Below are positions 7,645 to 19,192 of a stretch of DNA of 50,196 nucleotides, piece after piece. Origin of the DNA: an uncultured bacterium (GTDB lineage Bacteria; Actinomycetota; Actinomycetes; Mycobacteriales; SCTD01). How positions within the stretch are numbered: position 1 is the stretch's first letter; every line of letters begins with the position of its first letter. The notes below the pieces were generated by a model that did not search any database, was not told the DNA's origin, and saw only the letters and a list, made by a program, of their open reading frames with translations. The stretch is taken from the NCBI GenBank assembly GCA_964243385.1, contig CAXTFU010000001.1:6312-56507 (forward strand), in the 5' to 3' direction. The position numbers were made by a program, and so were the translations under genes.

Positions 7645-7765
7645 GGGCGGTAGGTTCTGCGCGACCCCCTCCGCCGGGGAAGTCCGGTGAGAGCCCGGTG
7701 CAGGTGCGCTACTGACGTCTCCCCGCCCGCGCGGCAGGGGAGCGAGCCAGATCGCCGGCGGGGTC
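7645..7765 (+). promoter_or_regulatory. Cobalamin (B12) riboswitch in the leader of the cobalt transporter gene
   Basis: Core GGGGAAGTCCGGTGAGAGCCCGGTGCAGGTGCGCTACTGACG (7676-7717) fits the conserved GGGAA..CCGGTG.GA..CCGG...GC.ACTG core. GAGCCAGATCGCCGGC (7743-7758) fits the B12-box (AGYCMGgAgaCCkGCc) loosely. It lies about 50 nt upstream of RBS GGGAGAG and ATG 7816. Boundaries are approximate. Confidence 0.65.
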
Positions 7766-7815
7766 CAGGGCCGACTCGCACGCTGACCTCCGCCCACGAG
7801 GGAGAGCCGGACTCC

Positions 7816-8766
7816 ATGCTCGACGTGCTCGCTGCTGTGCTCGAGGGGGCTGTCCTCGAGGGGGCAGTCCTCCCGGAGGCTGTCCTCCAGGGGGCTGTCC
7901 TCCAGTGGGCCGCCCACCTCGGCGCTGCCGTCCCGGGCGCTGCCTCCCTCGGCGCCGCCGCCTGGACCGCCACCTCGCTCGGGGACGTCCCCGTCGCGGC
8001 CGTCCCGCTCGCGCTCGCCGGCACCAGCTTCGCGCTCGGTGCCCGGCACGGGCTCGACTGGGACCACGTCGCGGCGATCACCGACCTCACGGCGCCCCGG
8101 CCCGGCGACGAGCGCCCGCCGGGTCCCGGGTCCGCGGACCGCACCCGTCCGGGACGACGCGGGCTGGCCCTGTCGGCCTGGTACTGCACCGGGCACGGGC
8201 TGGTGCTCGCCGTGTTCGGCGCGCTCGTCCTGCTGCTCGGCCTGCGGCTGCCGTCGTCGCTCGACGTCGCCTTCCAGGCCGTCGTGGGGCTCACCCTCGT
8301 GACGCTCGGCGGCGTCGTGCTCTACCAGCTCGGGCGCTACCGGGCCGACTACCGCTACACCGGGCGGATCAGCCTCGTCGTCGGCGCGCTGCGCCGCGGC
8401 TGGGCGCGGGCCCGCCGGCGGGAGGTGCCCGGCGACGTGCTCGACGTCGACCGGCGCGGCGCCTTCCTCGTCGGCCTGCTGCACGGGACGGGCGCCGAGA
8501 CCCCGACGCAGGTGGCGCTGTTCGCCGCCGCGGGCGCGTCCGGCTCGACCGGGACGGCGGCGCTCGTGCTCGGGGCGTTCGTCGCCGGGCTGGTCGTCGC
8601 CGACCTCGGCATCGCCGCGGCCTGGCTGTCCGGGGTGCTCGGCAGCCGCAGGGCGCCGCGGGTGCAGCTCGCCCTGGGCGCGCTCACCGGCGTCGCCTCG
8701 CTGACCCTCGGCGTGCTCATCCTCACCGGCCACAGCACCGTCGTCCCGGGGCTGCTAGCGTCCTGA
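7816..8766 (+). CDS. NiCoT/NicO-type nickel/cobalt transporter, predicted cobalt importer (316 aa)
   Basis: Multi-pass hydrophobic protein with ARHGLDWDHVAAI (HxxDxDH signature of NiCoT TMS II) and LLHGTGAETPTQ. Preceded by a B12 riboswitch. ATG 7816 follows GGGAGAG. Confidence 0.62.
   Translation: MLDVLAAVLEGAVLEGAVLPEAVLQGAVLQWAAHLGAAVPGAASLGAAAWTATSLGDVPVAAVPLALAGTSFALGARHGLDWDHVAAITDLTAPRPGDERPPGPGSADRTRPGRRGLALSAWYCTGHGLVLAVFGALVLLLGLRLPSSLDVAFQAVVGLTLVTLGGVVLYQLGRYRADYRYTGRISLVVGALRRGWARARRREVPGDVLDVDRRGAFLVGLLHGTGAETPTQVALFAAAGASGSTGTAALVLGAFVAGLVVADLGIAAAWLSGVLGSRRAPRVQLALGALTGVASLTLGVLILTGHSTVVPGLLAS
7834..7908 (+). repeat. Five in-frame 15-bp tandem repeats encoding (AVLEG)-like pentapeptides at the transporter N-terminus
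   Basis: gctgtgctcgagggg / gctgtcctcgagggg / gcagtcctcccggag / gctgtcctccagggg / gctgtcctccagtgg, translating to AVLEGAVLEGAVLPEAVLQGAVLQW. Confidence 0.9.
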
Positions 8767-8905
8767 CGGGTTGCGCGCCCGCCACTCCTGTGTGGCGTCG
8801 GTCGCCTCCTGTGAGTCACGACGTCGGAACGGGCAGGACGAGGGCGTCCGCACCTGCGGGCCCTGACCCGCACGCCGCCGACCGCCGACGAAGAGGTGCT
8901 CCGCT

Positions 8906-9619
8906 GTGCTCCTGCGCCAGGAGGCGGGCAACGGCATCGCCGTGCTGGCCGTGGCCGGACCCGTGGCCGACGAGGACGCGCAGGTGCTGCAGTCCGCCGT
9001 CGACGCGGCCGTGGACCGCCGTCCGCGCGGCGTCGTGGTCGACCTGCGCGACGTCACGACCGTCACGCCGGACGCCGTCGAGACGCTGCGCGGGCTGACC
9101 GCCCGGGCGCCGGGGTGGCCGCGATCGTCGTTCGGCCTGTGCGGGGCGCCGCCCGCGGTGCGCAGCGCGCTGCCGGACCGGGTCGTCCACGACACCCGCG
9201 CGCAGGCCCTCGAGCACGTCGACGACCGGCCCGCCGCGCAGCATGTCGTCACCATCGAGCACACGGTCCGCGGCCCGGCGCAGGCCCGGCGCGTCGTCGC
9301 CGAGTGCGCGGAGCGGTTCGGGCTGGCCGACGCCGGCGACGACCTGGTGCTCGTCGTCAGCGAGATGGTGACGAACGCCGTGCGGCACGGCGCGCCCCCG
9401 GTGCGGCTCGAGGTGCTCGCCGACGACGAGACCGTCCTCGTCGCGGTCGCCGACGGCAGCGAGCGGGCTCCCGTCGCGCGCACCGCCGGCGAGCTGGAGG
9501 AGGGCGGGCGCGGGATGACCCTGGTCGACCTGCTGACGCTCGACCACGGCGTGCGGCCGGGTCCTCCCGGCAAGACGGTCTGGGCCACCGTGCGCCGGCC
9601 GGCGGCGCCCGGCGCCTGA
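8906..9619 (+). CDS. Fusion protein: STAS (anti-sigma-factor antagonist) domain plus RsbW/SpoIIAB-like HATPase_c anti-sigma kinase domain (237 aa)
   Basis: N-terminus GIAVLAVAGPVADEDAQVLQSAVDAAV...GVVVDLRDVTTVTPDAVETL is STAS-like. C-terminus ARRVVAECAERFGL...LVVSEMVTNAVRHG...VAVADGS...GGRGMTLVD carries the N-box and G-box. GTG 8906 is preceded by GAAGAGG. Confidence 0.75.
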   Translation: MLLRQEAGNGIAVLAVAGPVADEDAQVLQSAVDAAVDRRPRGVVVDLRDVTTVTPDAVETLRGLTARAPGWPRSSFGLCGAPPAVRSALPDRVVHDTRAQALEHVDDRPAAQHVVTIEHTVRGPAQARRVVAECAERFGLADAGDDLVLVVSEMVTNAVRHGAPPVRLEVLADDETVLVAVADGSERAPVARTAGELEEGGRGMTLVDLLTLDHGVRPGPPGKTVWATVRRPAAPGA

Positions 9620-9663
9620 TCGAGCGGGTCGGCTGCCGGGCCGGCGGCTCGTACTGTGGCGCG

Positions 9664-11091
9664 GTGCCGTCAGCCCGCGTCGTCCTGCCCGAGGTCGTGC
9701 TGCACGACGGGCGGCTCGACCTCGACGCGCTGCGCGCCGAGCTGGACGCGCCCGGCCCGTTCCCGGCCGCGGCCCTCGCCGAGGCCGAGCAGGCCGCCCG
9801 CGCTCCGCGGCTGCCCGGCCGCGACGGCACCGACCTGCCGCTGCTGACGATCGACCCGCCCGGCAGCCGTGACCTCGACCAGGCGCTGCACCTGGCCCGC
9901 ACCGCCGCGGGCTACCGGGTGTCCTACGCGATCGCCGACGTCGCCGCGTTCGTCGTGCCCGGGGGCGCGCTCGACGCCGAGGTCGAGCGGCGCGGCGTGA
10001 CGCTGTACGCGCCGGACACCCGCATCCCGCTGCACCCGCCGGTGCTCGGCGAGGGGGCGGCGAGCCTGCTGCCGGACGAGCCCCGCCCGGCGCTGCTGTG
10101 GGAGCTCGACCTCGACGCCGACGGCGAGCTGGTCGGCACCTCGGTCGGGCGGGCCCTCGTCCGGTCGCGCTCGCGGCTCGACTACGCCGGCGTGCAGGCC
10201 TCGCTCGACGCCGGGACGGCCGGTCCGGTGCTCGAGCTGCTGCGGGAGGTCGGGCAGCTGCGCCAGGCCCGCGCGCGCGACCGCGGCGCCGTCGACCTCC
10301 CGACGCCCGAGCAGGAGGTCGTGCTCGACGGCGACGGGCGGCCGCACCTCGAGCTGCGCGCGCAGCTGCCGGTCGAGGGCTGGAACGCCCAGATCAGCCT
10401 GCTCACCGGCATCGCCGCCGCCGGGCTCATGCTCGACGCGGGCGTCGGGCTGCTGCGCACGCTGCCGCCGGCTGCTCCGGAGGACGTCGCGGCGCTGCGC
10501 CGCAGCGCGCACGCCCTCGGCGTGGCCTGGCCGGACGGCGCCTCCTACGGCGAGGTCGTGTCCGCTCTCGACCCGGCCGACCCCGGCTCGGCGGCGCTGC
10601 TCGTGCTCGCCACCCGGCTGCTGCGCGGCGCCGGGTACGCGGCCTTCGACGACGGCGCGCCGCCCGAGCAGCGCCGGCACAGCGGGGTCGCCGCGTCGTA
10701 CGCCCACTGCACCGCTCCGCTGCGGCGCCTGGCCGACCGGCACGTGGGCGAGGTCTGCCTCGCGGTCTCGGCGGGCGCAGCGGTCCCCGGCTGGGCGCGC
10801 GAGGCGCTGCCCCGGCTGCCCGAGCTCATGACGGCGGCGAACCGGCGGGCCAGCGCCCTCGAGCGGGCGGTCGTCGACGCCGCCGAGGCGATCGTGCTCG
10901 CGCCCCGGGTCGGCGAGCGCTTCGACGCGGTGGTCGTCGAGGCCGGCGAGAAGGGCGGCGTCGTGCAGCTGCGCGAGCCGGCCGTGCGGGGACGGTGCGC
11001 GGGCGCCGGCCTGCCCCTCGGCGAGCGGCTGGTGGTCGAGCTGGTGCACGCCGACCCGGCAGCCCGGACGGTGCAGTTCCGCCCCGCCTGA
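9664..11091 (+). CDS. RNB-domain exoribonuclease (RNase II/R family, short form without N-terminal CSDs; S1-like C-terminus)
   Basis: LLTIDPPGSRDLDQALHL, YAIADVAAFV, TLYAPDTRIPLHPP, YAHCTAPLRRLADRHV (RNB motifs I-IV) and the C-terminal ERFDAVVVEAGEKGGVVQL. GTG 9664 chosen; the upstream part of ORF 8896-11091 overlaps the previous gene out of frame. Confidence 0.8.
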   Translation: MPSARVVLPEVVLHDGRLDLDALRAELDAPGPFPAAALAEAEQAARAPRLPGRDGTDLPLLTIDPPGSRDLDQALHLARTAAGYRVSYAIADVAAFVVPGGALDAEVERRGVTLYAPDTRIPLHPPVLGEGAASLLPDEPRPALLWELDLDADGELVGTSVGRALVRSRSRLDYAGVQASLDAGTAGPVLELLREVGQLRQARARDRGAVDLPTPEQEVVLDGDGRPHLELRAQLPVEGWNAQISLLTGIAAAGLMLDAGVGLLRTLPPAAPEDVAALRRSAHALGVAWPDGASYGEVVSALDPADPGSAALLVLATRLLRGAGYAAFDDGAPPEQRRHSGVAASYAHCTAPLRRLADRHVGEVCLAVSAGAAVPGWAREALPRLPELMTAANRRASALERAVVDAAEAIVLAPRVGERFDAVVVEAGEKGGVVQLREPAVRGRCAGAGLPLGERLVVELVHADPAARTVQFRPA

Positions 11092-11133
11092 GCTGACCCG
11101 GCTGAGCCCGCTCGACCGCCGCGCCCTCGCCGG

Positions 11134-11192
11134 CCCGACCGGCCGCTCCCGACCGGCCCGCCCCCGACCGGCCCGCCCCCGACCGGTCAGCC
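11134..11192. repeat. Four tandem copies of a 14-15-bp C-rich unit (CCCGACCGGCCCGCC) in the RNB-npdG intergenic region
   Basis: cccgaccggccgct cccgaccggcccgcc cccgaccggcccgcc cccgaccggtcagcc. The complementary strand carries G-runs. Confidence 0.85.
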
Positions 11193-11218
11193 GTGGGCCG
11201 TCCTGCCAGGATGGTGGC

Positions 11219-11911
11219 ATGACCTCCGCCGCTGCGACGCCGACCGCTCCCGACGTGTCCGGGCTCGTGGTGGCGGTGCTCGGCGGGACGGGGGAGCAGG
11301 GCCGCGGGCTCGCCCGGCGGCTCGCCCTGGCCGGGTCGAGGGTCGTGCTCGGCTCGCGCGACGCCGCGCGGGCGCAGGCGGCGGCCGAGGTCCTGCCGGG
11401 CGAGGTGAGCGGCACCGACAACGCCTCGGCCGCCCGTGCCGGCGACGTCGTGGTCGTCGCCGTCCCCTGGGACGGCCACCGCGAGCTGCTCGCCGGGCTC
11501 GCCGACGACCTCGTCGGCAAGGTCGTCGTCGACTGCGTCAACCCGCTCGGCTTCGACCGGCAGGGGGCCTTCGCCCTGGCCGTCGAGGAGGGGAGCGCCG
11601 CCCAGCAGGCGCAGGCCGTCCTGCCCGGCAGCCGGGTCGTCGCCGCCTTCCACCACGTGAGCGCGGTCCTGCTGCTCGACGAGGCCGTGGAGCAGGTCGA
11701 CACCGACGTGCTGGTGCTCGGCGACGACCGGGAGGCGACCGACCTGGTCGCCGCGCTCGCCGGCCGCATCCCCGGCATGCGCGGCGTCTACGGCGGGCGG
11801 CTGCGCAACGCCCACCAGGTCGAGGCGCTGACGGCGAACCTCATCTCGGTGAACCGCCGCTACCGGGCGCACGCCGGGCTGCGGGTGACGGACGTGGAGG
11901 TGGCGCCCTGA
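11219..11911 (+). CDS. npdG: NADPH-dependent F420 reductase
   Basis: VAVLGGTGEQGRGLARRLALAG Rossmann motif, VVVAVPW and the C-terminal LISVNRRYRAHAGLRV, typical of NpdG. Confidence 0.85.
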   Translation: MTSAAATPTAPDVSGLVVAVLGGTGEQGRGLARRLALAGSRVVLGSRDAARAQAAAEVLPGEVSGTDNASAARAGDVVVVAVPWDGHRELLAGLADDLVGKVVVDCVNPLGFDRQGAFALAVEEGSAAQQAQAVLPGSRVVAAFHHVSAVLLLDEAVEQVDTDVLVLGDDREATDLVAALAGRIPGMRGVYGGRLRNAHQVEALTANLISVNRRYRAHAGLRVTDVEVAP

Positions 11912-11927
11912 TTGGAGCGGTCACCCT

Positions 11928-14792
11928 GTGGGGCTCTGCGTGCCCGGCTCGTCACGTTGTGTGGCGTACCCTGCGGGCGGGCGACCGGAGCGACCGCTGC
12001 GGCAGCGAGGAGGCGGGCGTGCTCGGCGCAGCGTCCCGGACAGGCACGGCCCCGTGCTGACCGTCGCCGAGCTCGTCCTCAGCTCGGAGCCGGACGCCGC
12101 CGCGCGCGCCCGCCGCGCCGTCGCTGCCGCGCTCCCGCACGCCGATCCCGAGGTGCTCGACGCGGCGCGGCTCGTCGTGACCGAGCTGGTCACCAACGCG
12201 CAGCTGCACGGCGCGGCCCCCATCTCGGTGCGGGTCGGCGCCGAGGGCGAGCGGGTCCGGCTCGAGGTCGAGGACCGCGGACGGCAGCGGCTCGTGCTCC
12301 CGACCAGCAGTCCCGAGGCGATGACCGGCCGCGGGCTGTCGCTGGTCCGCGCGCTCGCCGACACCTGGGGCATCACGCCGGCCGCCGCCGGCGGGAAGGT
12401 GGTCTGGGCCGCCATGGCCCCCGCCCCTGCCTCGCAGGAGGAGGTCACGGACGAGCAGGCGGCCGGGGCGGACGCCACCGAGGCCGACCTCGACGCGCTG
12501 CTCGACGCCTGGCCGGACGACGAGCCGGTCGAGCAGGAGCACACCGTGCGGCTCGGCCAGGTCCCGACCGACCTGCTGCTGGCGGCCAAGCGGCACATCG
12601 ACAACGTCGTCCGCGAGCTCACCCTGGAGCAGGGCGCCGGGTCCGACGAGCTCGTCCCGAGCGGCTGGTCGGCGCTGGTCGAGACCGTGACCAAGGACTT
12701 CGCGCTCGCCCGGAGCGCCATCAAGCGGCAGGCCGTCGCGGCCGCCGCCCGCGGGGAGAGCGTCACCGAGCTGGTGCTGCGCCTGCCGGCCAGCGCCGCC
12801 GAGGCGGGGGAGCGCTACCTCGTCGCGCTGGACGAGGCCGACCGCCTGTCCCGGGCGGCCCGCCTGCTGACCCTCGAGTCGCCGCTGCTGCACCGGGTGT
12901 TCCGCACCTGGTACGTCTCGGCGATCGTCGAGCAGCTGCGGGCCGCCGAGCACGGGCGGACGGCGCCGGTCCCGCGCACGCTCGTCGAGGTGCTCGGCGA
13001 GCAGGTCGTCGAGCTGGCCGGGCTGCAGGAGGACGCCGACCGGCTGGTGCTGCTGCAGCGGGTGAACCGCGAGCTCACCTCCGCGGGCACCCCGACCGAG
13101 ATCGCCGAGGTCGTCGCCCGCACGGCCGACGAGGCCCTCGGCGCGGTCGCCGTCCGGGTGCTCGTGGCGGCGGACGACGGCACGCTGCACACGGTCGCCG
13201 CCCGCGGCGGCAGCCCCGAGTGGGTCGAGCGCTTCGCGACGCTGGCCCCCGACGCCGACCTGCCGTGGACGCACGTGTTCGTCAGCGGGCAGCCGCTGCT
13301 GCTGCCGAACCTCGCCCAGCTCGCGGCCGCCTACCCGGAGGTGGCCGACGCCTTCGCCAGCCCGCGGTCGCTGCACGTCGTCCCGCTCGTGGTCGGCGAG
13401 CACCGCCTGGGCGTGCTGAGCCTGTCGTTCGCGGCGGGCGGCGAGCGCGACGAGGCCACGCTCGCCCGCTTCGTCCAGGCCCTCGCCGACGCGCTCGCGC
13501 AGGCCCTCGAGCGGGCGCAGGCGCGCGAGGCGGCGGCGGCCTCGGCTCGGCGGCTCGCGTTCCTCGCCGACGCGTCGGTGGCCCTGTCGGCGAGCCTGGA
13601 CCTCGCCCAGACCGTGCAGGCGATCACGACGCTGTTCGTCCCGCGGCTCGCGGACTGGTGCGTGGTGCACCTGCTGGAGGACGGCCGGCTCGTGCCGGCG
13701 GGGCTGCGGCACCTCGACCCGGCCCGGCAGGCGGTGGCCGAGCGCCTCGTCGAGCGCTGGCCGGTGCGCACGGACGCGCCGGGCGGGGTCGGCGACGTGC
13801 TGCGCACCGGTGAGAGCCAGCTGCTCGCGACGGTGCCCGACGAGCTGCTCGTGCTCGGCGCGCACAGCGACGAGCACCTCGCGCTGCTGCGCGAGCTCGG
13901 CTTCGCGAGCGCGCTGTCGGTCGCGCTGCCGGGGCGGGACGGCCGCATCGGCGTGCTCCAGCTCGTCTGCGACGCCTCGGGCCGCCGCTACGGCCCGTCC
14001 GACGTCGGCTTCGTCGAGGACGTCGCCCGCCGCGCGGCGCTCGCGCTGGAGGCCGCGCAGGTCGTCCGGCAGCAGTCCGGCCGGCTCGCCGAGGTCGCCC
14101 GCGTCGCCGACGCGGCGCAGAAGGCCATCCTCGCGCCGCCGCCCGCGCGGGCGCGCTCGGTCGCGCTCGCCGCGCGGTACGTGAGCGCGTCCGCCGAGGC
14201 GCTCGTCGGCGGTGACCTGCACGAGACCGTGGTGCGCTCCGGCTCGGTGCGCATGGTGGTGGGCGACGTCCGCGGCAAGGGGCTGGCCGCCGTCCGGACG
14301 ACGACCGTGGTGCTCGGGGAGTTCCGCGCCACCACCGACGTCGACGACCTGGCCGACGTCGCCCGCCTGCTGGACCGGCGGCTGCGCAGCTACCTCGGCG
14401 AGGAGGACTTCGTCACGGCCGTGCTCGCCGAGGTCGCGGACGACGGCACCTTCTCCATCGCCTCGTGCGGGCACCCCGCGCCGCTGCTCGCCTCGCAGGG
14501 CAGGGTCGGCGAGCTGCCGGTGCAGCCGTCGCTGCCGCTCGGGCTCGGCGCCGACCCGGTGGTGCTCCGCGGCCGGCTGGACGTCGGCGACCGCCTGCTG
14601 CTCCACACCGACGGCGTGCTGGACGCCCGCGACCGCAGCGGTGCGTTCGTCGAGCTGCTGCCGCTGGCCGCGCACCTCGGCGAGGGCAGCCTGGACGAGG
14701 CGCTCGACGGGCTGCTCGCGGCGCTGCACGCGCGGGTCGGCGGCGAGCTCGGCGACGACGTCGCGCTCCTCGTCGCCGAGCACACCGGCTGA
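11928..14792 (+). CDS. Multidomain SpoIIE/PP2C-family protein phosphatase with an N-terminal RsbW-like HATPase_c domain and central GAF-type sensor region (up to 954 aa)
   Basis: N-terminus LVVTELVTNAQLHG...VEDRG...GRGLSLV. C-terminus GGDLHE...VVGDVRGKGLAAV...FVTAVLAEV...CGHPAPLL...LLLHTDGVLDARD (PP2C/SpoIIE motifs). The middle has GAF-like LHVVPLVVGEHRLGVLSL and ALSVALPGRDGRIGVLQL. Start uncertain (GTG 11928 or GTG 12054). Confidence 0.8.
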   Translation: MGLCVPGSSRCVAYPAGGRPERPLRQRGGGRARRSVPDRHGPVLTVAELVLSSEPDAAARARRAVAAALPHADPEVLDAARLVVTELVTNAQLHGAAPISVRVGAEGERVRLEVEDRGRQRLVLPTSSPEAMTGRGLSLVRALADTWGITPAAAGGKVVWAAMAPAPASQEEVTDEQAAGADATEADLDALLDAWPDDEPVEQEHTVRLGQVPTDLLLAAKRHIDNVVRELTLEQGAGSDELVPSGWSALVETVTKDFALARSAIKRQAVAAAARGESVTELVLRLPASAAEAGERYLVALDEADRLSRAARLLTLESPLLHRVFRTWYVSAIVEQLRAAEHGRTAPVPRTLVEVLGEQVVELAGLQEDADRLVLLQRVNRELTSAGTPTEIAEVVARTADEALGAVAVRVLVAADDGTLHTVAARGGSPEWVERFATLAPDADLPWTHVFVSGQPLLLPNLAQLAAAYPEVADAFASPRSLHVVPLVVGEHRLGVLSLSFAAGGERDEATLARFVQALADALAQALERAQAREAAAASARRLAFLADASVALSASLDLAQTVQAITTLFVPRLADWCVVHLLEDGRLVPAGLRHLDPARQAVAERLVERWPVRTDAPGGVGDVLRTGESQLLATVPDELLVLGAHSDEHLALLRELGFASALSVALPGRDGRIGVLQLVCDASGRRYGPSDVGFVEDVARRAALALEAAQVVRQQSGRLAEVARVADAAQKAILAPPPARARSVALAARYVSASAEALVGGDLHETVVRSGSVRMVVGDVRGKGLAAVRTTTVVLGEFRATTDVDDLADVARLLDRRLRSYLGEEDFVTAVLAEVADDGTFSIASCGHPAPLLASQGRVGELPVQPSLPLGLGADPVVLRGRLDVGDRLLLHTDGVLDARDRSGAFVELLPLAAHLGEGSLDEALDGLLAALHARVGGELGDDVALLVAEHTG

Positions 14793-18314
<3,522 letters not shown>

Positions 18315-18353
18315 GCCCTAGGTTCCGGGTACCACCCGACTCCAGGAGGACCG

Positions 18354-18761
18354 ATGGCCAGCCTTTCCGACCCCGGCGTGCAGGCGCTGCTCGAGGGGCC
18401 CCGTCCCAACCACGCCGTGGTCTCGACCGTCAACGAGGACGGCTCCATCCACGCCACCGTGGTGTGGGCCTCGGTCGAGGACGGCCGCATCGCCGTGAAC
18501 AGCGCGGTCGGCCGCAAGTGGCCGACCAACCTCGAGCGGGACCCGGCCATCACGGTCCTCGTCTACGACGAGACCAACCCCTACGACTACGTCGAGGTGC
18601 GCGGCACCGCGCAGGGGACCACCGAGGGCGCCGACGACCACATCGACCGGCTCGCCAAGCGCTACCTCGACGCCGACAGCTACCCGTTCCGCGTCGCCGA
18701 CGAGCAGCGCATCACCTACGTCGTCGAGCCCTCCCTCGTCCGGCACCAGAAGCAGGGCTAG
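18354..18761 (+). CDS. PPOX-class (pyridoxamine 5'-phosphate oxidase fold) probable F420-dependent enzyme
   Basis: 135 aa; NHAVVSTVNEDGSIHATVVW...RKWPTNLERDPAITVLV...YVEVRGTA...RLAKRY pattern of the split-barrel family. RBS AGGAGGA lies upstream. Confidence 0.78.
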   Translation: MASLSDPGVQALLEGPRPNHAVVSTVNEDGSIHATVVWASVEDGRIAVNSAVGRKWPTNLERDPAITVLVYDETNPYDYVEVRGTAQGTTEGADDHIDRLAKRYLDADSYPFRVADEQRITYVVEPSLVRHQKQG

Positions 18762-18826
18762 GGCACGGGACAGGGGGCGGGGGGCGCGGGCAGGGGGCAG
18801 GGTCAGGGGCGGGGCGGTCGGAGGCG
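18761..18826 (+). other. G-run tract (at least 9 runs of 3 or more G) with G-quadruplex potential immediately after the PPOX stop
   Basis: gggcacgggacagggggcggggggcgcgggcagggggcagggtcaggggcggggcggtcgg. Confidence 0.6.
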
Positions 18827-18887
18827 TGGCGCACACGTCCTGATCACGCCCGCGCCGGGACGGCCGGGCGGCTGGGCGCGTCGGGGC

Positions 18888-19192
18888 GACCCGCCCAGCC
18901 CGCCCAGCCCGCCGCAGCCCGCCGCAGCACCGACGGCGATGTGTCCGGCGCGGGGCACCGCCCAGCCCGCCCAGCCCGCCGCAGCACCCGACGGCGACGT
19001 GTCCGTCGCGGAGCACCGCCCAGCCCGCCCAGCCCGCCGCAGCACCCGACGGCGACGTGTCCGTCGCGGAGCACCGCCCAGCCCGCCCAGCCCGCCGGAG
19101 CACCCGACGGCGACGTGTCCGTCGCGGGGCACCGCCCAGCCCGCACAGCCCGCCGCAGCACCCGACGGCGACGTGTCCGTCGCGGAGCACCG
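18888..19192. repeat. Non-coding minisatellite: about 5 tandem copies of a 58-bp unit (first copy 68 bp with an internal 10-bp duplication)
   Basis: The motif 'caccg' recurs at 18956, 19014, 19072, 19130 and 19188 (period 58). Unit: caccgcccagcccgcccagcccgccgcagcacccgacggcgacgtgtccgtcgcggag, with the hairpin CGACGG-N8-CCGTCG. The array is flanked by direct repeats CACACGTCCTGATC at 18832 and 19211. Confidence 0.9.

Noticed and set aside
8896-9663. 5' extension of the RNB ORF (731 aa) overlapping the STAS-kinase gene.
   Set aside because: The extension is Arg-rich nonsense in an alternative frame of a gene with clear STAS and HATPase motifs. RNB homology begins after GTG 9664.
18888-19192. 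CRISPR array (also considered for 21429-21641).
   Set aside because: The entire 58-bp (or 71-bp) unit repeats head to tail, with no unique spacers between repeats. There are no cas genes in the window.
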